Below, one piece after another: positions 47,151-60,261 of a stretch of 64,000 nucleotides of DNA; positions within the stretch are counted from its first letter, which is position 1, and every line of letters starts with the position of its first letter. The stretch lies in contig NC_085846.1 of assembly GCF_035594765.1 (NCBI RefSeq), positions 20,633,190-20,697,189 of the forward strand, in the 5' to 3' direction. The stretch is from Anolis carolinensis (Eukaryota). A program made the translations under genes and the position numbers. The notes beneath the pieces are model-generated. The model saw only the letters and a program-made list of their open reading frames with translations, was not told the DNA's origin and did no database searches.

Positions 47151-47839
47151 TAGAGAGCAGGGCAGACACATATCCTTGTACTGGCCCCACTCCTTAGAAG
47201 TCCCAACCAGGACTATTTTCTAAGCTCTCCCTTTGGTGAAAGAGAACAAAATGCCCTTCTCCCTCTCCTTATGAGGGTAAGAAATTAATGCTAGGTATCA
47301 GTTTCTTATTCTGAAAAATATCTTACAACACCTATATTGAGAATTCCATGGTGGATATAATCCTTTGAAATTCATGAGATCACCATAAGTCAACAGACAA
47401 CTTAAAGGTGCACATCCCCATACACATATCACACACATTCAGTTCATTTGTGACCCTTCTTAATTCATGGCTTAAGGCTTCATCACTAGAAGGAGACATC
47501 ATTGCTGACCTGCCTCACTGCAATTAATTCATTTCCTTCTATTGATGAGAAAAAAAAACATCAACAGCTGCCAATCCTATCTTGTATGATGGGGCCATGT
47601 CAGGTCATGGAATTTTCCTGTTCTTTCCTCTGATCTTACTATTTCAGAAATTGTTTTTTTAAAAAACCTTACAATAATTTGGGCATATTTTTAGTCAACC
47701 ACTGTTGGAAAGTTTTTTTAAAAGATAGATCTGGAATAGTGAGTAAGGAGGGGGAGGAAGTGAAATAGCCAGGAAAAACAGAGAAATATTTTTTCCTTCA
47801 TTTTTAGACTTTATTATTTGAATGATATTGTCAGAACAA

Positions 47840-48172
47840 GGAGCCTCAGTAGTGCAGCGAGTTAAACCACTGAGCTGCTGAACTTGCTGACTGAAAGGTC
47901 ACTGGTTCAAATCTGGGAAGCAGGGTGAGCTCGCGCTATTAGCCCCAGCTTCTGCCAACCTAGCAGTTTGACATCATGCAAATGTGAGTAGATCAATAGG
48001 TATTGCTCCAGTGGGAAGGTAGCAGTGCTCCGTGCAGTCATGCCGGCCACATGACCTTGGAGGTGTCTATGGACAACACTGACTCTTCAGCTTAGAAATG
48101 GAGATGAGCACCCATCCCCCCAGAGTTGGACACAACAGGACTTAATGTCAGGGGAAAATCTTTACCTGTAGT
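47840..48172 (+). mobile_element. Sauria SINE, full length
   Basis: Canonical head and body; 14-bp TSD TATTGTCAGAACAA (47826-47839, 48173-48186). Confidence 0.95.
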
Positions 48173-48376
48173 TATTGTCAGAACAAATATGACTGATATT
48201 GAATAAATCATACTTAATCATATTATCAGCCCCTGCTCTTGGTGACAGCACTTAAGGGGTGCCTATAGGTCTTAGCAGGTTATCACCCTGAAATCTCTGT
48301 TTGTGATTATCCTAGTCTGGTAATGCTAGTAGACATACGCAACACTGCACAGATGTGTGTGTGCTCAGCACACATA

Positions 48377-48699
48377 CAGTAGAGTCTCACTTATCCAACA
48401 CTCACTTATCCAACGTTCTGGATTATCCAACGCATTTTTGTAGTCAATGTTTTCAATATATCGTGATATTTTGATGCTAAATTCGTAAATACAGTAATTA
48501 CTACGTAGCGTTACTGTGTATTGAACTACTTTTTCTATCAAATTTGTTGTATAACATGATGTTTTGGTGCTTAATTTGTAAAATCATAACCTAATTTAAT
48601 GTTTAATAGGCTTTTCCTTAACCTCTCCTTATTATCCAACATATTCGCTTATCCAACGTTCTCCTGGCCCGTTTATGTTGGATAAGTGAGACTGTACTG
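48377..48699. mobile_element. Tc1/mariner MITE, full length
   Basis: Same TIRs (one mismatch), TA TSD. Confidence 0.95.
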
Positions 48700-50544
48700 T
48701 ATATCAACATTTCTTTTGATGTTTTAATTTTCTCTGTGGGGAATTTTGTATTCTTTTTCTCAAGAGACTATACTAGCTCTGTTTTTTTCAATATTTTCAG
48801 AGTTAGTTCAGTTAGAACATCATTTCTCATCAGATCACTGGTCTCAGGCTTTATGGCTGTTCACATTTTGTGGCTATTTCTTCGATTCTGAAATCTGGTC
48901 TTTCCCAGTTGGACTGTTCACTTGTCTTCCAAGAACTGGAGTTCTTGGTGGAAACAAGAAACCATAGAACAACATCTTAGATCTAGAAGAGCTAATTTAA
49001 TGAGCATTCATTACATCTGTCACTAGGCAGAGGAAATCTGGAGTGTGAAGTTCCCTGATTCAAAGACCAGTGTCTGCAGACTTTCTTCCAGGCATCAGAA
49101 GATTCCAGTGTGTGCCTGTAAATATTCAGTCATCTGACCAAGTTCCAAGAAGCTACTGAAACCATAACTGAAGTTCAGATAAAGGTATTTCTATCTTTTC
49201 ATACTTTTTAAAAACATTGTTACATACTATATTCTGTTTCAAAGAGAACAATTCATGCTTTCACATAATAACTGAAATAGCAATACCTAAGAAAACAAAC
49301 AACAAACGTACACTTTTATAGCCAAGGGCAGAATAATCTCATTACACCTTGAGATATAAATTTAAGACTAGCAGGTATTTGTTATGTCTGATATTGCACT
49401 TTTTTAATTTTAAGAATGGGAAAGTACAATACAAACTTAGCATCTGCTTTGAATGGGGTTACTGGATAAATTGTTGAGATAAAAATGCAACCCTGAGTTA
49501 ATTTGTGCTTTTAGCAGTGCTCTTTCAGATTGAGACACAAGATCTAAACTTTCTTTGAATTAATGGGGATCATAATGGATAATATTTAGGCTGAAAATAT
49601 CACAATAATTAGAATGTCTAATGTTTCAATGGGAAGCAGAATAAATATAAGATAAGTATGGGCAATTAAGGGGTATTTCTGCTCATCTATATCATTTCAG
49701 TTAACAATAACATGCATAATAGCATGTGGGATCCAAAGAGCATATTGACCTGATCTGAGCCATGTAAGAAATTTAGTCTCCTGAGAATTTTTAAATGGGA
49801 TTCTCTTACCTGTAATTCCCCAAATGTGGTCACAATTTGCTACCAGGAATTAGATTAATAGTAACTACTTCCATGTAGTAGATTGAGTAACATATAAAAC
49901 ATTTCCACAAAGTGGTTAATGAACAATGCTTTTTAAATTAATTAAAAACAGAAATTTCAAACAATCCAAAATGGTTAAAACAGCTCTGCCAGGCAAAAAT
50001 GCACATCATATGTTTCAAGGATCATTGCATTGCTACTGAGAATAACCTCCTCATATTGTTAAATCATATTGTCTCTGTTAAGAATCAGCAGACCCTGCTG
50101 GTCCCGTATGTCTCTTTTTATTTACTCCAGTTGAAAAAAAAATAGATTTGGAAACATTGTAATGGACTCTGTGCTAACATCCAAAACTGAGAATGTAAAC
50201 GAGATCTAAGCAGTTTAACTTTCACACTTTTACAAATATGCCATACATTAGCCATACATTAAAGGATCTGTGAGGAGATGGTTTTTCTCTCAATTCATTT
50301 CCATGTACTTTCTACACGAGTGGGACAGAAATGAAAAAAAAAAACCCTCCTCAAGTTATACATTTTGAAATATGCCTCTTGATCAATGTGCGTCCAAAAT
50401 TCCTTTCTCGCTCCCAGCATGAGGGCAGGGAAACACTTTGCTCCCTTACAGTGAAGAGAGAGACAGGTAAAAACGTCCCAACCAGGACTTGTTTGTGGAC
50501 GGGGTCAGAGATAGTGCTCTCCCTACTCAGCTCATTCCTTTGAC

Positions 50545-50668
50545 AACACTGACCCACCCACTCGCCTCCTCAACAGTGTACTTTACAAAGGTCACCACTG
50601 GGTCCAGGTAGGAATTTTTCCTCCCTATGTTCTCGGGGTTTTTTTTGTCAACCCTACACTGTTTAATC
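50545..50668 (+). repeat. Dispersed repeat, inverted homolog of 47030-47150
   Basis: See partner feature at 47030-47150. Confidence 0.7.
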
Positions 50669-50889
50669 TATGACAAATTGGGTAATTTGCACAGTTTTCT
50701 AGGCAGAAATGGACCATACTGCAGGTGGGAGGGTGGGTTGTAATTTCGAACAAAGATATAAATGGGCAGAACATGCTTAAATAAACTCAGAGCAATGTCC
50801 CCTGCATTTCAGAGAGTCTAGATAGGCCAAAATGGTTTGGCCCCACTGATCATTTACCTTTATAATAAGAATAATATACTTTATTTCTT

Positions 50890-51770
50890 TATTTATTTAT
50901 TATTACAATATTTATATCCCACCCTTCTCACCCAACAGGGGACTCAGGGCAGCTTACAATAAAACACACATATAAAAATTGTACAATACACTATAAAACA
51001 GTTAAAAATTATTAACTTACATCGGACATACATAAAACACATTCTAAAATACAGATGGGCGTGTTCAAGTTTAAAGGACTGGGTCTGTCGGTTGAGTTCC
51101 ACCGTACATAATAATAATTAGCACTGCTAATTGTTATTCGAAACTCTTCCCCTGGTCCAAACGATGTTATTTGGTTTACTAGTTTTCTGTTCTAGATTGG
51201 CATCCTTTCACACCGTTCCCTCCCCCCACCCTGCAGTCCCCCCACTCCAGCCTTCCCCACCCCCCTCCAACAATACAAAATGCAAATGCAGTTGCAAAGT
51301 GCAGAGAGTGCATGAGCAGCATAGGTATAGGGGTCTGAGCTAACTAAAGTGCAAGCAGGCGGTGGTGAACTAATTAAATATGGTGCAATATGGTTTTATA
51401 AAGTGCCAAGGCAGGACCAATTAAAGATGATAAATTTGGTAAGTTAATCAGGGGGACCAGGCTTCACAGCACATAATAGTTGTTATAAAAGCATTTAAAG
51501 GTTGTTATAGCAGCAATATATAAGCAAGGAGTGAAACTCAGTAAGACAGACTCTCAGTTCAGGTATAACCTTGGTTGTTATGTTAAGTCAGGAAAGGGGA
51601 TCAGGAAGAGAGGACATTCAGAACATCTGCGACTTGCTGGTATTTTCTGGTATTTGTTTGTTGGTATTATCCCAGCCTCAGTTGACACCAAAAGTTCTAG
51701 CAGCAGCCAAATAGGCCCAAACAGCTCACGGCGCAGAGCAGCCCTCTCTGCCGGCCACAACCATTACCCT
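50890..51770 (-). mobile_element. Non-coding L2-tailed retroelement
   Basis: L2 3' stem (CCCACCCTTCTCACCC...GGGGACTCAGGGC) at left end; CpG-containing presumed 5' end near 51770; interior not recognised. Confidence 0.5.
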
Positions 51771-51822
51771 AAGGTTTCCACTATTATAATAAGAATAGTG
51801 GAAACCTAATTATAATAAGAAT

Positions 51823-52690
51823 AGTGGAAACGGGTGGGAGGGAGATCCAGCTGCCTACCCTGGATGGTGAGACACTACATCCGTCATCTTCGGTAAAAAG
51901 TCTTGGTGTCTTATTGGACCCTCTGCTCACAATGGAGGCCCAGGTCTTTGCTGTGAGCAGATCTGCGTTTTTCCATCTACGTCAGGCTAGGCGACTGGCT
52001 CCCTACCTATCTAGGAACGACCTGGCGACGGTGATCCAGGCGACGGTCATCTCGAGGCTCGACTACTGAAACGCCCTCTACATTGGCCTTCCTCTGTCAG
52101 TGATCCGGAAACTGAAGCTGGTGCAAAACGCTGCGGCTCGTCTTCTCGCCGGGGTGCCGGCGAGGTGGCGTATCACCCCAATTCTTCAACAGCTGCACTG
52201 GCTACCAATTGAGTACCGGATTACTTTCAAGATACCGGTACTAACTTTCAAGGCCTTACATGGTCTGGGGCCAGCGTACCTGAGGGCCCGCTTATCACCC
52301 TACCAACCCCAGAGATTACTTCGGTCCGAAGACCAAAATTTGCTTGAAGTCCCTAACATACGGACTTATCATTTGTCTTCCACTAGGCAGAGAGCCTTCT
52401 CGATTGTAGCCCCTCAATTATGGAATGCCTTGCCAGTGGAAACTCGAACCACCCGAGACTTACTTGCCTTTCGGAAAGCCTGCAAAACCTTGCTCTTCCG
52501 ACAAGCGTTCAATGGGTGAAAGACTCGGGGCTATGTCTGTTTTTATTGTTGCTTTTATTGTTGCTTTTATTGTTTTTATTGTTATTTTAAAGCCAAGTGT
52601 ATTGTTTTAATCTATTTTTGTAAACCGCTCTGAGCCAAACCGGGAGTAGCGGTATATAAGTTTAATAATAAATAAAATAAAAATAAATAA
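51823..52690 (+). mobile_element. L2 LINE, 5'-truncated, ORF2 C-terminus with premature stop
   Basis: VKSLGVLLD...ISRLDY*NALY...KLVQNAAARLL...LHWLP...LWNALP; CpG-rich (young); (AATAA)n tail. Confidence 0.95.
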
Positions 52691-53114
52691 ATATTCTGCT
52701 CTTTCTCCCCAAGGGGACTCAGAGTGGATTACAGGTACACATATAGCAAATATTCAGTACCGTTATATAATTGATAAGGACAGACAGTACATACACAGAG
52801 GCAAGACATCACTCTTTTCATCTCTGCTGTGCTCGACTCAGCCATAGGGAGATGCTGTTGTTTCATTTTCCATGCTGAGGACACATGGACACCTTTCCTG
52901 GTCGGATTTTGCTGGCATGTTTTTCAGTGTGCCTTTTACCTTCCCATCAAAGTGGTATCAATTTATCTACTTACATCGTTGTTTTCATACTACTAGATGA
53001 GCAGAAACTGGGCTGATGGCAGGAGCTCACCCCGACTCGGGTTTGAACTACCAACCTTCCCGTCAGTAGGATCTTCTTTAGCTGGCAGTTTAACCCTCTG
53101 TGCTAGCCTGGCCC
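52691..53114 (-). mobile_element. Older L2-tailed tRNA SINE related to 9825-10295
   Basis: GGGGACTCAGAGTGGATTACA..., ACACAGAGGCA, GGGTTTGAACT B-box on minus strand. Confidence 0.7.
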
Positions 53115-53724
53115 ATTTACCTATTCTGTTGTTTCTGTCACTGCAGCATCTAGCCAGAGAGCCATTACCAGATGCTTGACTTCACCAAAGGTGGTCACTA
53201 ATAGCAAGGAGCTATCTGGACCTCTCCAACAAACCTTCATGCTGATGGGAACAACATGGCCCCAATCTATGACAAATGCAGAGAATAGGGATGGCACCAC
53301 TACCCCAAATAGCTAGCCGAGCACTTCATTTTGGAACTGGTACACTGTTCACACTCAACCTGACATTTGAAGTTCAGTCCAGTTTACCTCACATTAAAAA
53401 TCAGACATCCTGGGAAACCACTTAGACTTCCAGGTTTGACTTCTGGAGCATTTTGGGTAAAGGGAGAGTGTTAACAAGCCCCTGGTTCTCTATTGAAAGT
53501 GAACTGCAATAGTCACAAAATGAGCTGATATGTGCTATTTTATGAATTTTTATATTTTAGCAGTCATTTATAATCTATCCTTCTTCTCTAAAGGGTTTGA
53601 ATTATTTGATTGATTTGCTGATTTTGTTTTAATTCATCAAATAACTGTTCCTTCCATATATATAACAACTTAAATAAAAGGAGTCAAATTTATGACTCAT
53701 CCTACGAAAAGCATCTATTAAAAC

Positions 53725-53741
53725 ATCTATCTATCCATCTG

Positions 53742-53809
<68 letters not shown>
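53725..53809. repeat. (ATCT)n microsatellite
   Basis: Direct reading. Confidence 0.95.
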
Positions 53810-55620
53810 CATAAAGAGCTGTTTAAAAAACTAGGGATTATTTCAAAAGGAAAATCATCCAAACAGTGAACAATTTGTAACACTTTCACGCAATTCTGGA
53901 AATTGAGCTAGGAGATTTCAGACTCTTAAGTCCAGAGAGACATTCAGGTAAGGAGATTTTCTGAATCATTCCTAATTTTCAAGACATTTCTGACTCTGTA
54001 GATTCCCCCCCCCCCCCCCATGGACCAATTAAGAATTCCAATCACATTTTCACATTTTTCTCCAAAACATATACAAAAAAATCTTAATTGGTCTGTAGCT
54101 CCAATGAACAAATAGCAGCCATAAGGAATTCATAGACTGAATAACAGATAAAGGGAGCATGAGTCCTAATTCTTATTAGGCTGTATGCCTCTCTGTTCCT
54201 TTATTTGTTAAAAAAAAGTATTTTCAGGTGCAGAACAGCAAAGAAGAACAAGGTATGAGCCATTTTTCTCTTATCTGCACTAAAATTATGACTTAAAAAG
54301 GACAAGAATTCTTTTTTTTGTAATTTATGGTCTTGATAAACTCTTCAGGTGAGTTCAACTTGGTTACTTGTGCTTAATAGCAAAAATATAGATGATGAAT
54401 AGGATATCTTTGAAAATCTCTGATCATGTTTTCAATTTGTACAGTAAAGATAAGGCTAACTTGTTTTTTCTTTCATAAAATGCATAAGTTCAATGAAGTA
54501 AATATGGGCATTATACATTAATGTTATTTTAATGCTATTCATAATGTATAAAATGAAACTTTTACTATAGGTTTGCAAAGTTTACAGCCCTCCAGAAGTT
54601 TTACTACAAGTACCATAAGTCCAATAAATATAATTTATGATAGCTTCCTAACATACTCCAACTAGAAAAAGTGAGTTGATTGTAATATGATAATTTCTTT
54701 GTGCACCCTAATTATTAGCATTTAGTGTCATTTACAGTGATTATAGTAAATGGCACTAAGTGATTTCAAATATAGTGTATTTTATTATATTCTTATCTGT
54801 ATATTTGCAAACTGATATAGTAGTAGTCTTTATATTTTAAAAGACTTTATGAAGAAAATGGAAAATTAGGAGCAAGTGCAAGTATAAAAAGTTGCACGTG
54901 GCATAGTACTAAAGGTTGATCACCCCTTACCCAGAATTCTTAAATGTAAAATACTTTGAAATTCCCCCCTTCCATGTTCCTTCGGTATTTTATCTTGTTA
55001 GGAGCCTGTTTACTTCTGGCACAGTTGTAATTTGGAAAAGGATAAGGGCACATTGCTAGGGAGTTTGAGGGTGGAATTTACAGGGAGGAAATTGTGTGTT
55101 TTAAAATGCATTTAATTGTATTTGTTGTATTTAACCTAACACACAGTACTGTTTAACTGTTGTTGTTTTTAATTTTCGTATTTGCTTTATTTTAAATTGA
55201 AAAAAGTATGTTGCTGCTAGTCATCTTGAGTCCTTTTGCGGAGGAAGGTGGGATATAAATAAATATAACAACAACAACAAAAACAAGAACAATAAATTAT
55301 TTAGGTTAAATTAAGCATTATGTTTTCAAAAGAGCTTTTTTCTGCCCTTATTCCAAACCAGTAATGGGAATATTACTCCCTTCAAATGTTTCAAAGTGCA
55401 ATTCCAACTACCAGAATTTAGCTATGTTGGTTTCTGGGAGTTTAGATCCAAAATATCTTTAGAGTTTTCCTACAGAAACTCTATGATTCAGATTGAATGC
55501 TCGCACTCAAACACATCCTCCAATTTGGATTACCTGGATTATTTGTATTCTTTTGTTTTGAAATGAATAATTTATTTCTTTTTTTCTTCTCAGATTCCGT
55601 GTGTTACCACTGAACTATCA

Positions 55621-56568
55621 ATGGGAAACCAAACACATCAACCTCATTTTTACCTTACTGGACTCTCCAATAATATGCAGCTTCAGATTCTTTTCTTTCT
55701 TCTTTTCTTGATCATTTATTTACTAACCCTGCTGGGGAACTCTTTGATCATGCTGGCTGTAAGAACCAATTGTCATCTTCAGAATCCCATGTACTTCCTC
55801 CTGAGCCACCTCTCTTTCCTTGATGTGTGTTTCTCGTCAGCCACTGTCCCAGAGATGTTGAAAACCATCATTGCAAAGCAGAAGACCATATCCATTGGGG
55901 GCTGCTTCATACAAGCCTTTTTTATCATGATGTCAGCTACTACTGAGGTTTTCATCCTGTCATCCATGGCATATGACAGGTATTCTGCTATATGCAAACC
56001 TCTGCATTACATTGAAATAATGAATGCAACTTTCTGCCAAAAACTAGTGGCTACAGCATGGATGGTTGGCTTCTTTTACGCAGCAGCAAACATATTACCA
56101 TTGTTAGCATTACAGTTCTGTGGATCACATGTCATAAAGCATTTCACTTGCGAGTTGCCTTCCATCCTCTCTCTTTCGTGCAATGATACATACGCCAACA
56201 AAATACTGTTTTTTATTACTGGAAGTACAGTTGGGCTGTTCTCCCTGTTCCTCACCATTCTGTCCTACAGTCACATTATCTCTACTGTCCTCAAAATTAC
56301 CTCCACTGAAGGGAGGCATAAAACTTTTTCTACTTGTACCTCACATCTCATTGTTGTGATTCTTTTCTATGGAACTGGTTATTTCCGCTATTTGAGGCCA
56401 ACTTCCATTTCATCTGTAGTTTTGGATGAAATACTTTCCATACAGTACTGTGTCTTTACATCTTTTCTAAATCCCATCATCTATAGCTTAAAGAACAAGG
56501 AGGTGAAAGCAGCATCTAAAAAGCTTCTGAAAGAAGCATTTAAAAATTTGTTTCACCTAAAAACCTGA
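55621..56568 (+). CDS. Olfactory receptor, OR8S1/OR5BS-like, 315 aa
   Basis: NQT, GN, PMYFLLSHLSFLD, MAYDRYSAICKPL, HFTCELP, KTFSTCTSHL, SIQY, LNPIIYSLKNKEVK; acceptor AG at 55592-55593. Confidence 0.95.
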   Translation: MGNQTHQPHFYLTGLSNNMQLQILFFLLFLIIYLLTLLGNSLIMLAVRTNCHLQNPMYFLLSHLSFLDVCFSSATVPEMLKTIIAKQKTISIGGCFIQAFFIMMSATTEVFILSSMAYDRYSAICKPLHYIEIMNATFCQKLVATAWMVGFFYAAANILPLLALQFCGSHVIKHFTCELPSILSLSCNDTYANKILFFITGSTVGLFSLFLTILSYSHIISTVLKITSTEGRHKTFSTCTSHLIVVILFYGTGYFRYLRPTSISSVVLDEILSIQYCVFTSFLNPIIYSLKNKEVKAASKKLLKEAFKNLFHLKT

Positions 56569-57617
56569 AATTCTGATTTTTTTAAAAAAAACGTTTTTTT
56601 TTAAAGCATGTAATGAAGAAAGTACATTTCATTTGGCTATACAGCTACAGTTCTGCCCTGCCAGTAATTCTTTTCGCCCAGCAAAACTGAGAGGATTACT
56701 TTCAGACTTCTCAATAGTTTTGTGGAAAAGAGTTGTTTGTTATGCTTGTAAATAGTGTGTGTGTGTGTGTATTATTAAGCAATATTTAAAGGTCCTTGTG
56801 TTAGGAGAGATTCTTACAAAACTGTATATAGACATTCATTTATACTTTTCTTCATTTTAAATAAATTGCTATCATATAGCCCTCCAAAAGCCATGAGATT
56901 GCATCTTCCAGCATTCTTTCTCTTTGATTTTGCTGGCTAGGACCAATTAGCATTGCAGGCCAACATATTGGGACTGAATGATTCCCACTAACAACTGCAG
57001 ATATAGTGGAGAAAGATGTCCCATTATCAGTACTGAAGAAACCTTAACTAACTACCTATCCACTTGCTTTGTATTTTGTTCTTCATCCTAGGCAGCAAAA
57101 TGTTATGGGTTAACCTGAACTTTTACCAAGTGTTTGTTCAGAACTCATCCATAGCTTCTCAAACATTATTCTTATTTTTCATTGTTTCTTTACCTTCCTA
57201 TGATCCTTCAAGGATGGCAGAGACTTAAATTTCCATTTTGTTATATATCCTCACATCTTCTTGATAAAATATCGACCATAATTCTCATGTGGGTGCCTTC
57301 TTTCCAGAGCACGATGAAACTCAGTTGATGCAGATAGTTGGCAATCTACCCCAACTATTTTTAATTTTTTACAGTTAGTCTTTCAAAACAGAAACATTCA
57401 TGTAAATGCTTCTTATAAACAGAAAATTGAGCTATAGTGTCTACAATAAGCATTACCCCCTAGTTAGGTCTACTGTGAAAAATCAAAATTGCAACAGGAC
57501 CAACTTTAATTGTAAGGTTCAGTTGTAATCAGACCTGTCTAGAAACCAAATGTGCCAATAGCCATTTGCTGCTATTATACCCCAACATTAATAATCGTAA
57601 CAATGTGGCATTCAAAT

Positions 57618-58012
57618 AAATTAGTTAAGTGAGGCGATCCCTTGTAGTTCGAGGATGATGGTCTTCCAGTAATTTTTCTTGGAAGACACCTGTGCGTGAT
57701 TTTTTTTAATGTGTGCATGGCCGGTCAACACACAGTCTTCACAGAGTGAGGTTCCAGTAGTGGTGTGATTACACAACAAGAGTGGCTTCTCAGTCTGTTG
57801 CAGCCTTCTTCCGCCTTCACAGCCGTTGTAACATGTACCATGTTATCCTCCGTCTGCTCCGCCGTTGAGGTCTTTGGGTCTTCGGATTGTTCTTGGTCTG
57901 GATCCTCCCCTGTGGCCATTACTGGGGGTGCTTGACTCCGGTGGTTGTGCCCGCAGGTTCATTGGAACATGCAAGCCCCCTCACCACGTCAAGGTGACAA
58001 TCCGTTGAGGGG
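57618..58012 (-). mobile_element. Internally deleted RTE-derived element (RTE 5' UTR joined to short 3' end)
   Basis: Minus strand begins with RTE-type 5' motif TCACCTTGACGTGGTGAGGGGGCTTGC and ends GACCATCATCCTCGAACTACAAGGGATCGCCT, like the RTE end at 5096-5127; TSD GGCATTCAAAT (57607-57617, 58013-58023). Confidence 0.8.
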
Positions 58013-58514
58013 GGCATTCAAATGGCAATGTTCTATATAGCCAGAATAAATCATATCCATTAACATGCATGTTAATTTTTAAAAAATCTTCTCCTAGATA
58101 CTTAGCTACATATTATCTTAAATGCAGAGGATGAGCTAGTTCTTGGTGTTTGATTGGACTATCCTAATTTTCAACTGTACTACCAAAGTAAGGGAGATGT
58201 GAATTATCCTTCTTCAAGCTTGCTCTGGTACTGGTAAAATTGTCTGAGAGCTGCAATTAGTTTTAGAATGTTTGGAGTTTGATCTTAAGATGGAAGATCT
58301 TACCAATCACATTTAACCAAATTTTCATAGTTAATTATTTACTGTGTGAAAAATGTAATTTAGCTAAAAGGTATCTATTGACAATCAAGAATATTCTTAT
58401 TTTATTTTGTTATCTGTACCTGTTATGTTAGTAAAAATGCATATTTTACTAATAAATAAATGTTATAACATATCAAAATTACACTCTCCAAAGGACAGAA
58501 TGTTAACTCTTGTC

Positions 58515-58541
58515 TGTTGTTGTTGTTGTTGTTGTTGTTGT
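58515..58541. repeat. (TTG)n microsatellite
   Basis: Direct reading. Confidence 0.95.
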
Positions 58542-60189
58542 GTATCATTTTTTCTTTCATAATTGGAAAATTGTAATTGCTGTTTGTGAAAGATGGTTAC
58601 TTATTCTATTCTTTTTCATCATGACTTGGTCTTATTACAAGAATTTCACTTTGTTTTTAAAGTGACTTTTCACATTTCAGAATCCAGATAACCTTTTCAC
58701 CAAGGATTTTCTATGCAAAAAAAGAGCTTGCTTTAGGAGAAACTATAATGTATTTGTTCAAAGAAGAATTCTCAGAACATGAATTTTTCCACAGAGCTCA
58801 TTTTGAACAAAATACATTGTATATTTAAGTTTAACACCTCCCAGATCCTTTATTTTTCTGGAATGACTGTATCCCCCCCCCCTCACCTTGAGAAAAAAGA
58901 AAAATAAATGAAAAGAGAAATACACACTAGTCTTTACTTTTCCACAAATTGATATTTTAATATCTTTCGTACAATCAGAAAAAAAGAACCAATGCCTGAA
59001 TACTGTGTGAAGATCATCAAAAGACTGTGATACTTTTATCAGTTGCACTTCTATTTTTGGCAGCTTCTTTTTAAAAGAAAACTTCTTCAGTCCCCTGGGA
59101 GTTGAAGGCTAAAACATCTGGGGTCCACAGGTTGAGTACCAGTGTTCTAGAGGCCATCCCATCAGTACAATTTGATAGACACCTCTTCTTAAACTTACAT
59201 GTAAAATAATATACTTTTGCAGTCAAGTTCTCCAGTTTGTTAGACAGAGGTGGGATCTTGTCTTGATGGGCCACAGTAGGATAGAATAGCCCCATTGTAG
59301 CCCACAAGTCAGTATCCCTAAAGGTATACTTGGAGTCACCAAAAGGAAGACTCCAAGTGGTCCTATGTTCCAGTCAGCAAGTGATCCAAGACTCCTGTAG
59401 TTTGAGTATAAGAGCTCTCAAGGAGTTAGTTCAATCCAGGTCAATCACAGTGTATTCAGCAGGATGAAGGAAGAAGCAACATAATGGATGTCAGCTGGTC
59501 TTGAAGTTGTCCAGATAAACAAAGACAACAAATATTGAAACAGAGCAGCATGAAGTAGGCAATAAAATTCCCATGTTATCCCAAATATGGTATTTGAAAT
59601 ATAAATGGTCACCCTACAATCTTCAAGGAGTAGTCCTTCACCTTGCTGATCATATGTTAATGGACAGAAGTTCAAAATGGTTTAGAGGCCAAAAATCTTT
59701 CTTTGGGCTACATGTAGTCAACAGGGTACACACCAATACTTTAATGATTACATTGTACATCTATTGTCACAAAGTGCACCCCTGTACTTCTCCAAGCTGC
59801 ACTGTGCAACCACCTGCTCTAATTATACTTCACATATTTTTTCTCATGGGAAATCATACATAATATAAGGTCTAGAAACTAGAATATGATTCAAACGAGT
59901 TTCTTTGCCACCCAGTGCAAATATGGCACAAATAAAACAGGGCTTTGAGGAGGTTATCTAGATATCCTATTCAACAAAAATATTCAAATTCTGACCTCCT
60001 AACACAGATACTGCAGGATATATATGGAATCAGAATAGCAATTGCTACTGCTGAGATCTGTACAGCACAACTAGTCTTTAAAGAAAGTACTTTCTGCTCT
60101 GTTTGTCTGACCATAAGAAGTTTTGCAGAGAGACACATCATGTGCTGGCATGGATTGAGCTGAACTGAGATTCTTGATTTTTTTTTCAG

Positions 60190-60261
60190 GATTGTATCAT
60201 GCTTACCATTTATAGGGTTGATTCCTCACTATTCAACAAGATGAAATGAGCTGAATGCAAG
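60190..60261 (+). other. Candidate internal 5' non-coding exon of OR at 61941
   Basis: T-tract CAG acceptor (AG 60188-60189) and AAG|GTAATT donor. Confidence 0.4.
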
